A stretch of DNA of 64,000 nucleotides, from contig QPMI01000288.1 of the NCBI GenBank assembly GCA_004431415.1, forward strand, positions 1 through 64,000, given 5' to 3'. Positions 1-12,000 of the stretch are shown here, one piece after another; within the stretch, counting starts at the first letter, position 1, and the number at the start of each line of letters is the position of its first letter. The translations under genes were made by a program, and so were the position numbers. Below the pieces are notes generated by a model. That model was not told the origin of the DNA. It was given only the letters and a program-made list of their open reading frames with translations, and searched no databases. Origin of the DNA: Cyanophora paradoxa CCMP329. Lineage: Eukaryota; Plantae; Glaucophyta.

Positions 1-1301
1 GATCGTGTGCCGCAGCTGCTCGCTGTAGACGGCCGGCGGCGGCGGGCACTCCCCCCGCAGGATCTTCATCACCAGCGCCCCCACGTTTTGCGCGTGGAAG
101 GCCCGCTTGAGGGTCACGAGCTCGTAGACGCAGCAGCCGAGGGCCCAGACGTCGCTCTAGGGGGTGGTGAGGGGCAGGGGGCGGTGGGGCGCGGGCGCGG
201 GCGCGGGCGGGCCTTGGCGTCGTAGGGGGCGTTCATGCAGACCTCCGGGGAGAGGTAGAAGGGCGTGCCCACCATCTGCGCCCCGCCCCGGCCGCCCGGC
301 GTCAGGCGCCCCCGCGCAGCCGCCCCGCCCTGGCGGGCCGGCCGTCCCCGCACCGTCTTCGCCATGTCCGTGTCGCTCTGAGCGGGGCGGGGGTCAGCCG
401 GGTACGCGAGCGGGGCGGGGGTGGGGGCGCCTGGAGGACGCGGGCGATGCCGAAGTCGCCGAGCTTCACAATCGCGTACCGCGACGTCAGGAAGACTGCG
501 AACGAAGCCGGCGCGGCGGTTGGCCCCGAGAGGGGCGGGCAGGAGCGGGGGAGGCGCGGGCTCGAGGCGGGCGGACTGTTCCTGCGAGGGGGTGAGAGGA
601 GCGGGGCGGGAGCGGGCGGGCGGGCGGGGAGGGGCGCACGCGGTCTTGAGGTCGCGGTGCAGGATGTGGCGGTCGTGGATGTGCTGCCGGGCCCGTGGGC
701 GGGGCGCGGACGAGAGAGCGGGGCGCGCGGGCGGGCGGGGCGGACCTTGAGGGCGAGCAGCAGCTGGACGAACCAGTCGAGGACCTCCTGCGGGGGCGCG
801 TTGTAGGAGGCGCGAGCGGGGGCCGGGCGGGCGCGGCGCTCGCCTCCTCCGGGAAAAGAGTGCCCGTCTCCGCCTGCTTCTCGATGAGCTGGCTCATGTC
901 CCCGCCTGCAGGCTCGTTCAGCGGCCGCCGCGCAAGCGGAGGGAGCCCCGCCGCGCCGACGCGCCGTCCGCGTAATCCATGATGATGCAGAGCGTGTGGT
1001 TGCCCTCGATGAAGCTCTCGTGCAGGCCAACGATGCACTGCGTCGCCGGCCCGCGGTCGAGTCGGCGCGGGAGTGCTGCAGTGGGAGCGGCGGGGCGGAG
1101 GAGGCGCACGGGGTGGTGTAGCTTGGCAAGGATGTCGACTTCCTTCTGCGCGAGCGCGCGCTCCGACTCAGAGAGCTCCTTGACGGAAATCTCCTTCGCC
1201 ACCAGCAGGTTGCCATCAGCAATCCGTTTAACGAGCTTGCACCGCCCAAAAGAGCCCGTGCCGATCTCCTGAAGCTCCTCATATCTCCCCGCGTAGCCCA
1301 T
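1..1301 (-). CDS. NIMA-related (NEK1/5-like) Ser/Thr kinase, multi-exon, 3' end runs off the window
   Basis: Spliced translation from ATG 1301: MGYAGRYEELQEIGTGSFG...VAKEI...CIIMDYADGGDMSQLI...[32 protein letters not shown]...[34 protein letters not shown]...YDAKSDVWALGCCVYEL. The HRDLK, DFG and GTPFYLSPE motifs and WFVQLLLAL are typical of NEKs. Confidence 0.95.
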
Positions 1302-1484
1302 TGTGCGCCACGCTTGACTTTGCAGCGCTTCGCGCTGTCGCCCTGCGGGGCTGGTGCGCAGTAGGCGAGTCACAGAGCCTTCAAACCTGGCTGATTTATT
1401 GTAGCTGTGCGCGTTTGGGCCGCCGGGCCGCCGGGGCCGCGAGGGAAGGGTACAAGCTGGTTGTCTTTGCAGGGTACAGCAACG

Positions 1485-2236
1485 ATGGAGTGCGTCGCCC
1501 TTGCCCGAGCCCGCCGCTGCTTAGAAGTTGTTCGTGGGCCTCGGGGGATATATATGTAGCCCGCCTTGAAAGTCTCGCAAGCCTTTTGCCCTTTCCATCC
1601 TTAGCTAGCCCGCGGCCTCGCCAACTAGACTCCATCAGCATGTGACACAACCTCGATGCTCAGTCCTCCCCTCCTCGCTGACGCTCGTCCTCTGCGCAGC
1701 CTGCAGGCAGAGCGCAAGCTGAAGGACGCGCAGATGCGCGCAACCATCAATGCAAAGCTTATGGAAACCGGAGAGAAGGACAGGTGCGCATACAAGGTCG
1801 CTGCGCCGCTGTGAAGCTGGAATAGCTAGCCCGTCGCACATGTGACCGGCTATGCAGGTTGAAAGAGCTGCTGGCGACGAAGCTCACAGAATGCGGCTGG
1901 AGAGATGAGATGAAGTCGTATTGCAAGGGTGCGCCGGCGGGCCGCGCGAGCGTTCGCTGGCACCGGCACCGGCTTAGCTAGCGGGTCCGGGCGCAGAGAT
2001 CATCAAGAGCAAGGGGATGGATAAGGTAACGGTGGAAGAACTGGTGTCAGAGATCACACCCAGAGGCCGCGGTGCGACCCCGGCGCCCCACGCGCGCCGC
2101 GCGGTTCTTTATCTTCAGCCCGCCGCTGGCTCGCCCGCCTCCGTCTCATGCAGCGCCGCGCGCAGCGACGGTGCCGGACGACGTGAAGGCAGAGCTGCTG
2201 AGGCGTATCAAAAGGTTCCTGGAAACCACCGCGTAG
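1485..2236 (+). CDS. ENY2: Transcription and mRNA export factor ENY2/Sus1 (SAGA/TREX-2 subunit), 5 coding exons
   Basis: Spliced: [108 protein letters not shown] and [10 protein letters not shown] are EnY2 signatures. Confidence 0.95.
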
Positions 2237-2696
2237 GCATAGCCCCTCTTTCGTTCGTGTACAGCTAGCTATAGTGACATCTAACATCATGATCATTGCT
2301 CTGGATATCAATCAGCGCGACTTTCGCATGATAGGGCCCCGAGGCGACGATGCACATTGCCCATGGCCAGCGGTCCGCCTCGGGCCCCTATCGTGTATGC
2401 GCGCTATTATTTTTAGAGGCACGCGCCCGGCCCAGCCCGATCGCGAGCGAAGGCCCTGTTGTGCTCTTCCCGCGCCAGCTGCAGCAGCTATCTAGCGCAT
2501 ACATGCCGCAGTGCGGGAGGCGGTGGTCATGGGAGGCCTCCTGCAGACACGCAGGAGCCTCGGAGGGAGCCTGCGGAGGCGCGGCGCACGGAATCAGAAT
2601 ATTAATCCGATCAAATCCTCGAAACCGATTTCAAAACGTACCGTGAAAATCGGTACCCAATCGCAAGCACCTCCGACCTCGAAGCACTTTCAGGAC

Positions 2697-4522
2697 ATGA
2701 TCATGAGCGACGTCGACGCCGAGCCCGCGCCGCATATGCATGGGCAGCTGGGCAGCACGCCGAAGGTGCGCAAAACCATTTTCGCAGCCGCCGTGGCCGG
2801 CCGCGGGCCACGCCGCGCGCGGCGGCCGCTGCAGCTGCGCATGCGTGCGCGTATACGCCTTGCCGCTTACGCAATTGCGTGCAGGCGCGAGTAATGACGC
2901 CCGTCGACGGGAATGTCCCGCGCGAGGGGGGCGCACAATTGCAAGCCGCTGGCAAGAAACTGCTTTTCGCGACGGTGCGTGGATCTAGACACACACACGC
3001 GCGCGCGCGCGCGCGTGTACGGTCGTCGGCATCGTCGGCGCCTAGCTATGCAAGTAGAATCCAACAACTTTCGCGCTTTTCCCGATCCACACACAGAAAC
3101 TCGCAAAGGATGGCGTGAGGATCGCCGACGCCGCGGCCAGAGCAAACACCAACTGCAAGTTCTCCATATGGCTCCCCGCGCGCTCTCCGAGGACCCGAAT
3201 CCGCGTGCGACATGCACCGCTGCAGCCAACCATTAACCCCGACTTGTGCCGTGCGGTGTCGGCGGCGGCGGAGGCACGCGGGGAGCTGCGGCTAGCTCAG
3301 GAGGCCTTCAAATTCGAGCGAGAGAAGATGCAGGCTGAGGCGCTCGGAGCGGAGCTCGAGTGGTCCCGCGATCGCGCCCTGCTCCAGGAGACCGTCCTCG
3401 TGGTCCGCGCGAAAACCATTTTTGCCCTCGATCGCGAGCTCTAGATCTGCTCCGATCCGATTAATATTTTCGCACCCGACGTCGACGCTGCCGCCGCGGC
3501 GCAGCTTGCCGAGCGGGTGGAGGCCCTCGAGGGGCAGCTGCGGGAGGCCGCGGCTCGTGTGGCGCACGCAGAAGCGCAGGCGCAGACGCAGGTGCAGGCG
3601 GGGGGACCGGCGCGGGCGCGGGCGGCGCGGGCGGCGCTGGAGCGCGAGGGCCGCGAGGCGCTCGTGCGGCGGAGCTCGGGGCCGCGCAGGCGCGCGCGGA
3701 GGCGGCGGAGCGGGCGCTGGCGCAGGAACGCGCCCAGGCGGCGGAGCGGGAGGCGGCCCTCGCGGCGCGAGCGGCGGCGCTGGGCGAGGAGCTGGCGCGG
3801 GCGCAGGAGGAGGCGGCGGCCCTGCGGGGGCGCGCGGAGGCGGCGGAGGCGCGTGGGCGGGAGGTGGAGCAGGGGCGGGGCGGGGAGGGGGAGGGGGAGG
3901 CGGAGGGCGGGGGCCGGATGAAGGTGGAGGCGGCGGAGGAGCTGCTGGCGGCGGTGGAGCGGGAGCTGGCGGGGGAGCGCGCCCGCGGCGACCGCCTCGA
4001 GGCCGAGTGCGGCCGCCTGCGCAAGCCCCGCGCCGTCCGCGCCGAGCAGTTCGTCGCCCTCGAGCGCCAGCTCAAGGCGCGAGCATCTCTACTGGGCCGA
4101 AGGAAGGGGCGCGCGCCCGCCCGTGATCATGTGCATGACGAACGGCGCGGACGCAGGGTGCGGAGGAGGCGAAGGAGGCGGTGGAGGCGGAGCGGGCGGC
4201 GCTGGCGAGGCGCCTTGGGGAGGCCGCCCGCCGCGCCGCCGACGCCCTGGCCGAACTCCAGGTGCCCCCTCTCCCCTCTCCCCTCCCTGCAGCCGCCCCT
4301 GGGGCTTCTGAGGGGGTTCTGCAGGGGGAGCGGGGCCGGCGGGCGGTGCTGGAGGTGGAGAAGGGGGCCCTGGCGCGCGAGAACGCGGCGCTCGCCGCCA
4401 GGCTCGACGAGGCCCTCCGCCTCCGCCGCACCCGCCGCTTCGCCCCCGCCTTCCCCGCCCCCGAGGCCGTCCCGGGGCCCCAGCCCCAGTCGCCCCAGTC
4501 GCCCCACACCCCGCCCCCGTGA
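2697..4522 (+). CDS. Hypothetical coiled-coil protein (E/A/R-rich), multi-exon, boundaries approximate
   Basis: Heptad-like segments such as ELRLAQEAFKFEREKMQAEALGAELEW, EELLAAVERELAGERARGDRLEAEC and LEVEKGALARENAALAARLDEAL, separated by GT/GC..AG introns; stop at 4520-4522. Confidence 0.55.
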
Positions 4523-4723
4523 TTGCCAATGCGCCCGTTCAGATTCGTTTCAAGACGTGCCCCTGGCTCCGCTGAGCCGAATCGCTAAGCGTGGTGGTTT
4601 GGAAAAGGGTTTCCGCCCCGGCTGACGATATTGTGCATGAAGCTAAATGCTGTCTATACATTGAATGTTGCTAGATTGTTACAGGGCGGCGGGGAAGCGC
4701 AGCCCCCGGAGGAGGCGGGTTTC

Positions 4724-4775
4724 TCAAGAGGAGCCTGAGCCCGTGGCGGCCTGTCCCTGTCGCTGCTGCCCCGCC

Positions 4776-4808
<33 letters not shown>

Positions 4809-6460
4809 GCGGGGTGGGACTGGTACTGGAAGTGGTCCCCCTGGGCCCGGGCCGCCGAGGGCGGGGGCCGGATGAGGGGCACCGCCGCCCCAGCCCCGGC
4901 CGCCGGCGCCGCGCCCAAGTGGAGGGGAACGCCTCCGCCCCCCGCCGGCCCCGCCCGCCCTCCCGAGCTGCTCCCGGCGCCCCGCGCCTCCTCCCCGCGG
5001 AAGCCAGGCAGGCCGCCGTCCGCCTTCCCGGGGGCGCACCGGCCGGCGCGGGGCTCGGCGCCGGCGGCCCGGCGGCCGGCGGGGCGGCGGGCGCCCCGGC
5101 GCTCGGAGGGAGAGCGGGCTCGGGTGCCCCGCCGGTGCAGCCGCGGGCGCAGGCGCCGCTGCCGCCGCCGCCGCCGGGGCGGGCACGGGCGCCTGGCCGG
5201 GGAGGGTGCCGAGGGGGTATGCGTAGGCCGGGGCCGCCTGCATGCCGTAGGGGGTAGCGTAGGCGCCGGGAAACGCCTGGCCGGGCATCGGGGGGTACAC
5301 CATCCCGGGCGGGTACTGGCCGTGGCCCGGGGGCACGGGGAGGCCGAGGGCGAGGCCGGGGGGCAGGGGGCGGTGGGCAGCGGGGGCGGGGGCGGGGAGG
5401 GGGGCCATGGGGATGGCGACGGGCTGCTGCTGCTGCTCGACCTCGACGAGGGCTCCCGGCTGCTCGAAGGCCTTGATGCACTGCCACACCACCCGCACCC
5501 CAAGGCCCTGCCCCCCGCCACCCCCGTCGCCCCCCGCCCCCGAGCGCGGCCCGATGCGGAGTGGCGTGCGGCTGCCTACCGAGAAGATGAGCCCGATGAC
5601 GAAGACGGCGTAGGAGACGGCAACCTGCACGCGCATCGGCGGGGCGCCAGGGGCGGGGCGAGCGGGGCGGCGGCGCGCACGAGGCCGGAGCTGTTCGAGT
5701 ACTCGTCGCACGTGTCGGGCATCGAGCGGTAGCACTGGCGGTCGCTGCAGCACGAGCTCTGCGGGGGAGCGCCCGCGGTGAGCCGCCCCGGCCCCACCGC
5801 TCGGCTTCGCTGGGGCGCACGACTTTGCTGGTCCCGAAGATATAGAGGACATTTTCAAGTACTCCTAGGACCAGGAACGCGCAATAGCCTTCGAACAAGC
5901 GCGATCAGGGGTGAGCGGGCAGAGACGGGGGACGGGCAGCACCAAGAAGATAGCCGCGGCGGTAGCGCCTCGCGCCGACGAGTCCGATCATTGCAAACAT
6001 GGCGGTCCACATCGCGCCGACCCATGAGCCCGTGAAGAGCCGCACAAAACTGTACGCGAGGTGTGCCGTCGCGAAGCGCTCCTGCTCGGAAGCTCTCTTA
6101 GCTAGAGTTAAACGACCGCGATTCAGCTACGATATCGATGTTGCGATTACGAGGTTGCGATTACGAGGTTGCGATTACGATTGAAGGGGCGGAGGCGCCG
6201 GCTAGGTTGCGATTACGATTCTAGCGGAGCTAGGTTGCGATTACGATTCTAGCGGAGCTAGGTTGCGATTACGATTCTAGCGGAGCTAGGTTGCGCGCGA
6301 TTACGATTCTAGCGGCCCGGAGCTAGGTTGCGATTACGATTCTAGCGGAGCTAGGTTGCGAGTACGATGTTGCGATTACGATTTCAAGTCTCATCAGCTA
6401 CGATGTTTGCGATTACGATTTCAAGTCTCATTAGGGTCGTACCACGCGCCTGGCCTTCAT
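4724..6460 (-). CDS. Small multi-pass membrane protein with Cys-rich loop and Pro/Tyr/Gln-rich C-terminal tail
   Basis: Spliced: MKARRV|ERFATAHLAYSFVRLFTGSWVGAMWTAMFAMIGLVGARRYRRGYLL|..IAFLVLGVLENVLYIFG|SSCCSDRQCYRSMPDTCDEY|VAVSYAVFVIGLIFS|...GQYPPGMVYPPMPGQAFPGAYATPYG...QQQQQQQQQ...GSGSS*. About four hydrophobic segments. Confidence 0.65.
6123..6431. repeat. Intronic minisatellite: 11 copies of core TTGCGATTACGA arranged as 14-, 28- and about 36-bp units
   Basis: Cores start at 6141, 6155, 6169, 6207, 6235, 6263, 6291 (variant), 6328, 6356 (variant), 6370 and 6407; the 28-bp unit is GCTAGGTTGCGATTACGATTCTAGCGGA. Confidence 0.95.
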
Positions 6461-6751
6461 GGCTGCGCTCTGCTGGTCAGCCACAAGAGCGCAGGGGTTT
6501 CGGGTACGTTAAGCACCCGCTTCTTCGTTGGCAACAAACTGCACGCCCGTCACACCGGGAGCGATGCTTCGGAAGAACATCGCCACCCAATTGACAACCT
6601 GCTGCTTCCCCTCGAGCGGATCCTGGCTTCAACCAAAACCTGCAGCGAATGCCGCGCTGGCGGCGCCGCCGCGCCGCTCGGAGGGGGGTAGAGCAAAGTG
6701 TGGGGGGATACAGGCGACGAGTCGGGAGTCACGCAGCCTGCAGCTGGCGAA

Positions 6752-8394
6752 ATGCTTCCGAGGGCGCCGCTGCGACTCCTCGCCGCGGAGCACGTTCCTG
6801 CGGCGCTGGGGCGCCTGGCGGCCAGCGCGGCGGCCGGCCCGGTGGTCGTTGGGCGGCCCGCGACCGCCGCATTTCTAGGGCGACCGTCGTGGAGGACGTG
6901 GGGTGCGATGCCGCCATCGGCACTCCTCCGCGTCATGTTCGTGACGCGCCGCCGCTCGCCGCAGGTGTTATCGTCATCCGGGGCCAGCGCACCGAGGCGC
7001 CCGCGACGGCTACGATTTCTGCGAGCGCCGAAGACATGAACGACGAAGACGAAGACTTTGAAGACGACGCGGAGGCGTCCCAGTCCTCGGCGCAGCCATG
7101 CTGCTCTCACAAACTCGCATCAGCGCCGCCGCCGCCGCCGCCGCGGGTCCGGAGTCCGCGGAGGGCAATGCCGGCCGCCGGCGCATCGCTCGCGGAGCGC
7201 TTCCCCCGCCTGGCTGCGGAGTGGGACGAGGAGCTCAACACGAAGAGGCCGAGCGAGGTCACGCCGGGCTCCCACTACCGGGCCGCCTGGCGCTGCTCGA
7301 CGGACCCCTCGCACCGCTGGAGCACGCTGGTGAAGAGCCGAGCGGGGAAGGACGACACCGGGTGCCCGCAGTGCTGGCGGACGCGGCCGCGGCTCCCGCG
7401 GGCCGGCTTCCCCGGCGGGCGGGCGCCGTTCGAGCAGCGGATGCTGGCGGCGGTGGCGCCGCTGGTGGCGCTGGAGTGGCACCCGGCGCTCAACGGCGAA
7501 GTCACCCCGCGGGACGTCACCTACGGCTCCGCCTCCCGCAAGTACTGGCGCGCCCGCTCCGCGCCCGCCCCGCCCGCCCCGCGCCCTCTGCTCACGCGCG
7601 GCGCGGCGCGGCGCAGGTGGCGATGCCTGAACGACCCGACGCACGAGTGGGAGGCGAGCGTCTGGAAGCGCGTCGTGCATGGCCGCTCCTGCCCCTACTG
7701 CTCCCGCAGCGTGCGCCGCCGCCGCCACCGCCGCTCCCCGGCATGCGCCGCCTCACGCCGTCGGCCGGGGGCAGGCGTGGGGTGTTACGCCGCGGAACAG
7801 CCTGGCGGGGCTGGCGCCGGGCGTGGCGGCCGAGTGGGCGCACGAGCTGAACGGGGGGCTCTCGCCGGAGCAGGTGCGGGCGGGGTCGAACGTGCGGGCG
7901 TGGTGGCGGTGCGGGGAGTGCGGGCACGTGTGGCTGGCCCAGATCGGGAGCCGGGCGGTGAACGGGTGCGGGTGCCCGTCGTGCAAGAACCGGGCGGTGA
8001 CGGGGCGCAACAACCTCGAGGCCCTCCACCCCGAGCTCGCCAAGGAGTGGGACACCCACGCCAACGCCGGCCTCCTCCCCTCCCACGTCCTCGCCCGCTC
8101 CCGCACCAAGCGCTGGTCCGCCCCGCCCCGCCCCGCCGCGCCCCGCCCCGCCCTTCGCCCGAGAGAGGAGCGGAGCCGACGCCGCGCGCCTCGCGCAGGT
8201 GGACGTGCTCCGAGTGCGGCTGCAAGTGGGCCGCCGAGCCCCTCATGCGCACCCGCCCCGACCGCCCCACCGGCTGCCCCGCCTGCGCCCGCCGCGCCTT
8301 CCTCACCTACTTCCGCCACAATCGGCCCCCCGCCGGCGCCGGCGGCGGCGGCGCCGGGGCGAGCTCCCCGGGGCCCCTCGCGGAGGCGGCGTGA
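6752..8394 (+). CDS. Protein with four DUF4379 (probable zinc-ribbon) repeats and an N-terminal targeting-peptide-like region
   Basis: Repeats of the pattern SL...P.LA.EW....N....P..V..GS....WW.C...H.W.......R....GCP.C, e.g. NSLAGLAPGVAAEWAHELNGGLSPEQVRAGSNVRAWWRCGECGHVWLAQIGSRAVNGCGCPSC. The N-terminus MLPRAPLRLLAA... is Ala/Arg/Leu rich. Confidence 0.88.
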
Positions 8395-9019
8395 GCCCCG
8401 GCGCCCGAGACGCAGGCGCCGCCCCCTCCACTCTTCCATTCGCTGCCAGCGCTCGGCCCAAGGCCCGAGCCGTGACTTTCTTTGTGTGTAAATTAGTCGC
8501 CCCCTTTTTCTTCTGCGGTGCCCAGGGCTCCCCGGCCCTTGAAGAGCCCCACTTCTTTTTTGAGTTCTCCGTAGTCTATTAGGGGACAGGGGCCCTGGTA
8601 CACGAATGTGAAAAAAATTGAAGAGCCCCACTAGTCGCAATGTCGCAGGCTCGCAGCCCAGATGTAAAGCTCGCAGCTCCAGACTCGGCGCACTTTCCGA
8701 CGTGATTCCGTAGCCCTAGCAGCTGTGAAACGACTCAATTCGTCGTCCGATGATCATGGCATTCGCTGGCATATGCATTGCATTTCAAGAAGTTCACTGG
8801 GTACTACGGTATCTTCAAACTTGAAATTCAACCCCCCCGGCCCCGGCTAGCGCTCGCGCGCGCTTTTGACTCCCGGAGCCCGGAATCTCCGGGGCCGGCG
8901 CCGGCCGCCCGCGGTCGATCGGAGCCCCAGGCCCTGAGGGACACCGACTCGGCAAGTCGGCCTCGGGGGCGCGGCGCCCTGCGCGCCCGAATCGGCTCGA
9001 TCGCGACGAGGGCCGGGGT

Positions 9020-12000
9020 TCAGCCATGCGCTGTGTACGACGGTCCGTCCGGTCCAGCGGCCGACATGGTCCAGGCCGAGCATTGCGACCACATAAAACA
9101 AGAATTCGAGATATGCATTCGGCGCCACGGCACCAGTGTGCGTGAACCAAGGGCGAGGCTTGAGGAGTTACGGGGGGGGTGGGGAGGGGAGAGGGGAGGG
9201 GGCGGGGCGGGGAGGGAGGGCCCCTCCCGAGCGCTGCGGGAGGAGCAGCTTCTCGACGGCCGCCTCCGCGTTCACCAGGGCGACCCGCAGCTGCCGCAGC
9301 GCACCCCGTCAGCGTCGCCACCGGGGCGGCGGCGGCGCGGGGGGGCACCTGGGAGGCCATCTCGGCCTCGGCGCGGTCGATGTCGGAGCGCCAGTCCGCC
9401 ACGCGCTTCACCACCTCTCGCAGCGCCCCTTCCTCCTGCGCGCCGCTCGCGCCCCGCGAGAGCCGCGGCGCAGCGGAGCGCACCTCGCGGGCTTCCGCGG
9501 GGGTCGGGGGCAGGGCGAGGACGGCGAAGTGGGCGGCGGAGTGGATGGCGCGGAGGGCGGGGCCGGCGCGCGGCCGCCCGGGCCCGAGCTGCGCCTTGAG
9601 CTCCGCGAGGCAGCCGGCGACGTCCCGCGCCGTCGGCTGCGGGCGGCGCGCGTGGGCCGCCCTTCGCGGGCGAGGCGGCGGCGGCGCGGACGCACGCGCT
9701 CCAGGAAGAGCTCCTCGCAGGCCGGCGGCGCCGCGCGGCCCGCCCCGGCGAGGGCGGCGAGGCACGCAAAGGCAAGCCGCTGCCGCAGGCGGCCACCCGG
9801 CAGCGGGGGACCTAGGGAGGGGCGCTCGAGGGGTGCGGGCGGGGGGCGGGAGGAGGGGCGGGGGCGGACGGCGTGGGCGACGCGGACGAAGGCGGGGTGG
9901 CCGGTGGCGAGGGGCAGCTCGTACAGGCGCCGCAGCTGCGCGGGTGCACGCGAGGGGCGTCAGCGGGGGCGCTGCCGACGGGGGCCGGCCGGCGCGCCAT
10001 CGCCTCCTCGGGGACACGGGGCAGGAGGGCGGCGAGGGCGAGGTGGAGGGGGCGCCCGAGGGGCGGGGCGCAGGGGGAGCGCAGGGCGGGGTCGGCGGCC
10101 AGGCGCGCCAGCGCGGCGGCGAGCTCCTCCGCCTCCCGGGGCGCGAACTGGCCCGGCCTGCGCAGCGCCGCCCCCTCGGAGGCGCCCGAGGCGGCGGCAG
10201 AGGGCGGGGCCGGGGAGAGGCCCGCACCGCGAGGCGACGGCGGCGACGAGGCGGAGGATCGCATCGAGGCCGCGCCGGGAGGGCGCGGGGCCGCCGCCGG
10301 CGGCGGGCTGCGCGGGGGGCGGCGGGTGGGCGGCAGGGGCGTGGGCGGTGCGCTCCGCGGGGCCGGCGGCGCCGTGGGCGGCGAGGGCGGCGAGGAAGTC
10401 CGCTGCGGAGGGGAGCCAGGCGAGGGGCGGCGCGGGGCGGTTGGGGTCGGCCCGCGGGGCGTCGACGGCGGCCGACGCGGACTCGGGGGCGCGGCCCGTG
10501 GCGAGCGCCGAGAGGGCGGCGAGGGCCCCCGCCCCCCCCTTGTCCCGCGAAAAGACCGCTGCGGCCAGCAGCTCGCGGGGGCGGGAGCGGGGAAGGGCAG
10601 GCGGGCGGCGCGCACCGCAGGAGAAGAGCCACTGGAGGAGGGGCGCCGGGCAGGCCTGCGGGAAGGCCGCGAAGAGGAGCGCGGCGCGGCCGCCGGAGAG
10701 GAGGGCGGCGGCGGCGGGGGCCCCCGCGGAGCGCAGGAGGGCGTCGAGGCGGCGCAGGAGCTCCGCGGCAGGGCCGCTCTGGGGCCACGAGGAGGGGTCG
10801 CCCAGGGAGGGCACCTCGGGCACCGGCGGCAGCTGCGGCGGGCATGAGGGGCCGGGGTGGCAGGGGAAGGGGAGGCGAGGGGGCGGGCGCACGGAGGCCT
10901 CCCGCACGAAGAAGACCTCGTCTACCTCAAAGGCCTCCTCCCCCTCGTCCACCGCGTAGCGCTGGCGTGCCCCGTGTGAGGGCACGGGGAGGGGGAGAGC
11001 CGAGGGCGATCGAGCGGGGGTACGCACTTGGACGAGGCGCGCGGAGAGCTCGAAGACGTCCGCGTCGGCGGGCTGGGGGGTACGACGCGGTCGGTCGGAG
11101 AGACGGGCGGTGGGTGTGGGGTGCAGGGGCGCGGGGGTACCAGGGGGGGCAACTCGTCGGGGGAGTTGGCGCTGGTGCTGCCCTCCCCGCCCGTCGTCGT
11201 GGTACCCCCCCGCTCGTCCCCCGAGTCCTCCCCTGAGTCCTCTCCCCCGCTGCCCTCGCGGGAGTCGCAACGCGGCTTGCGCCCGCCCCGCCCGCCCCGC
11301 CCCCGCCCCGCCCGCCGCCCCTCCGCCCCGCCCCGGGCGCCGCGGGCCGGGGCGGCGGGGCCGGCTGGGCGGGGCGGTGCTGCTGCTCCTCGGAGTCGCG
11401 GAGGAGGCGGGAGAGCTCGGCGGCGGCCTGCAGGGAGCCGGCCTCCGCCGCCTGCGTCAGCGCCGCCCGCCGCTCCGACACCGCCTCCGCCTCCTTCTTC
11501 CGCCGGTGCTCCTTCACCAGCGCATCCAGCGTGTACCCGTACCTGCGCCCCTTGGCCGCGCGGCGGCGGCACGGGGCGGGGGCCGCGCACTGCTCAGCGA
11601 CGCTCTTCGGCTTGATCTTGAGGGGGACTTGCCGGGGCGCGCCGCGAGCGCCGGCGCCGCCAGCAGCTCGTCCATCGAACTCCCCTCCCTCTCCTCCTCG
11701 TCCTCCTCCTTCGCGGCGGCGGCGGCCGCCGCCGCCGCTGCGGCGGCGCTGCGGGTCGTGCGGCGCGCGGCGGCGGCGGCGGGGGCCTGCGGAGCGATCG
11801 GGAAGTTCTCTTCCTCGCTGTCATCACTCGACGAGGAGGAGGACGGCACATCCGGCTGCGACTCGCGCTGCGCGGCGCCGGCGTGAGGGCGGGCGGAGCG
11901 CGGGGTTGCGGGCGCCCGGCGCGCGGCCGCACGGGCTGGCTCCCCAGCGGCTCCTCGTCATTCGAAGCCGCCTTGGGAGCAGCAGGAGCGGGCGAGGCTG

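Noticed and set aside
1490-1699. Possible snoRNA in the long ENY2 intron
   Set aside because: No convincing C/D boxes or H/ACA two-hairpin layout is visible; an Infernal scan would be needed.
6123-6431. CRISPR-like array
   Set aside because: There are no unique spacers and no cas genes, and it lies in a eukaryotic intron; it is a minisatellite.
8815-11270. Many long overlapping Arg/Pro/Gly/Ala-rich ORFs on both strands (here and window-wide)
   Set aside because: These are expected from stop-codon scarcity at very high GC; they read through introns and lack conserved motifs.
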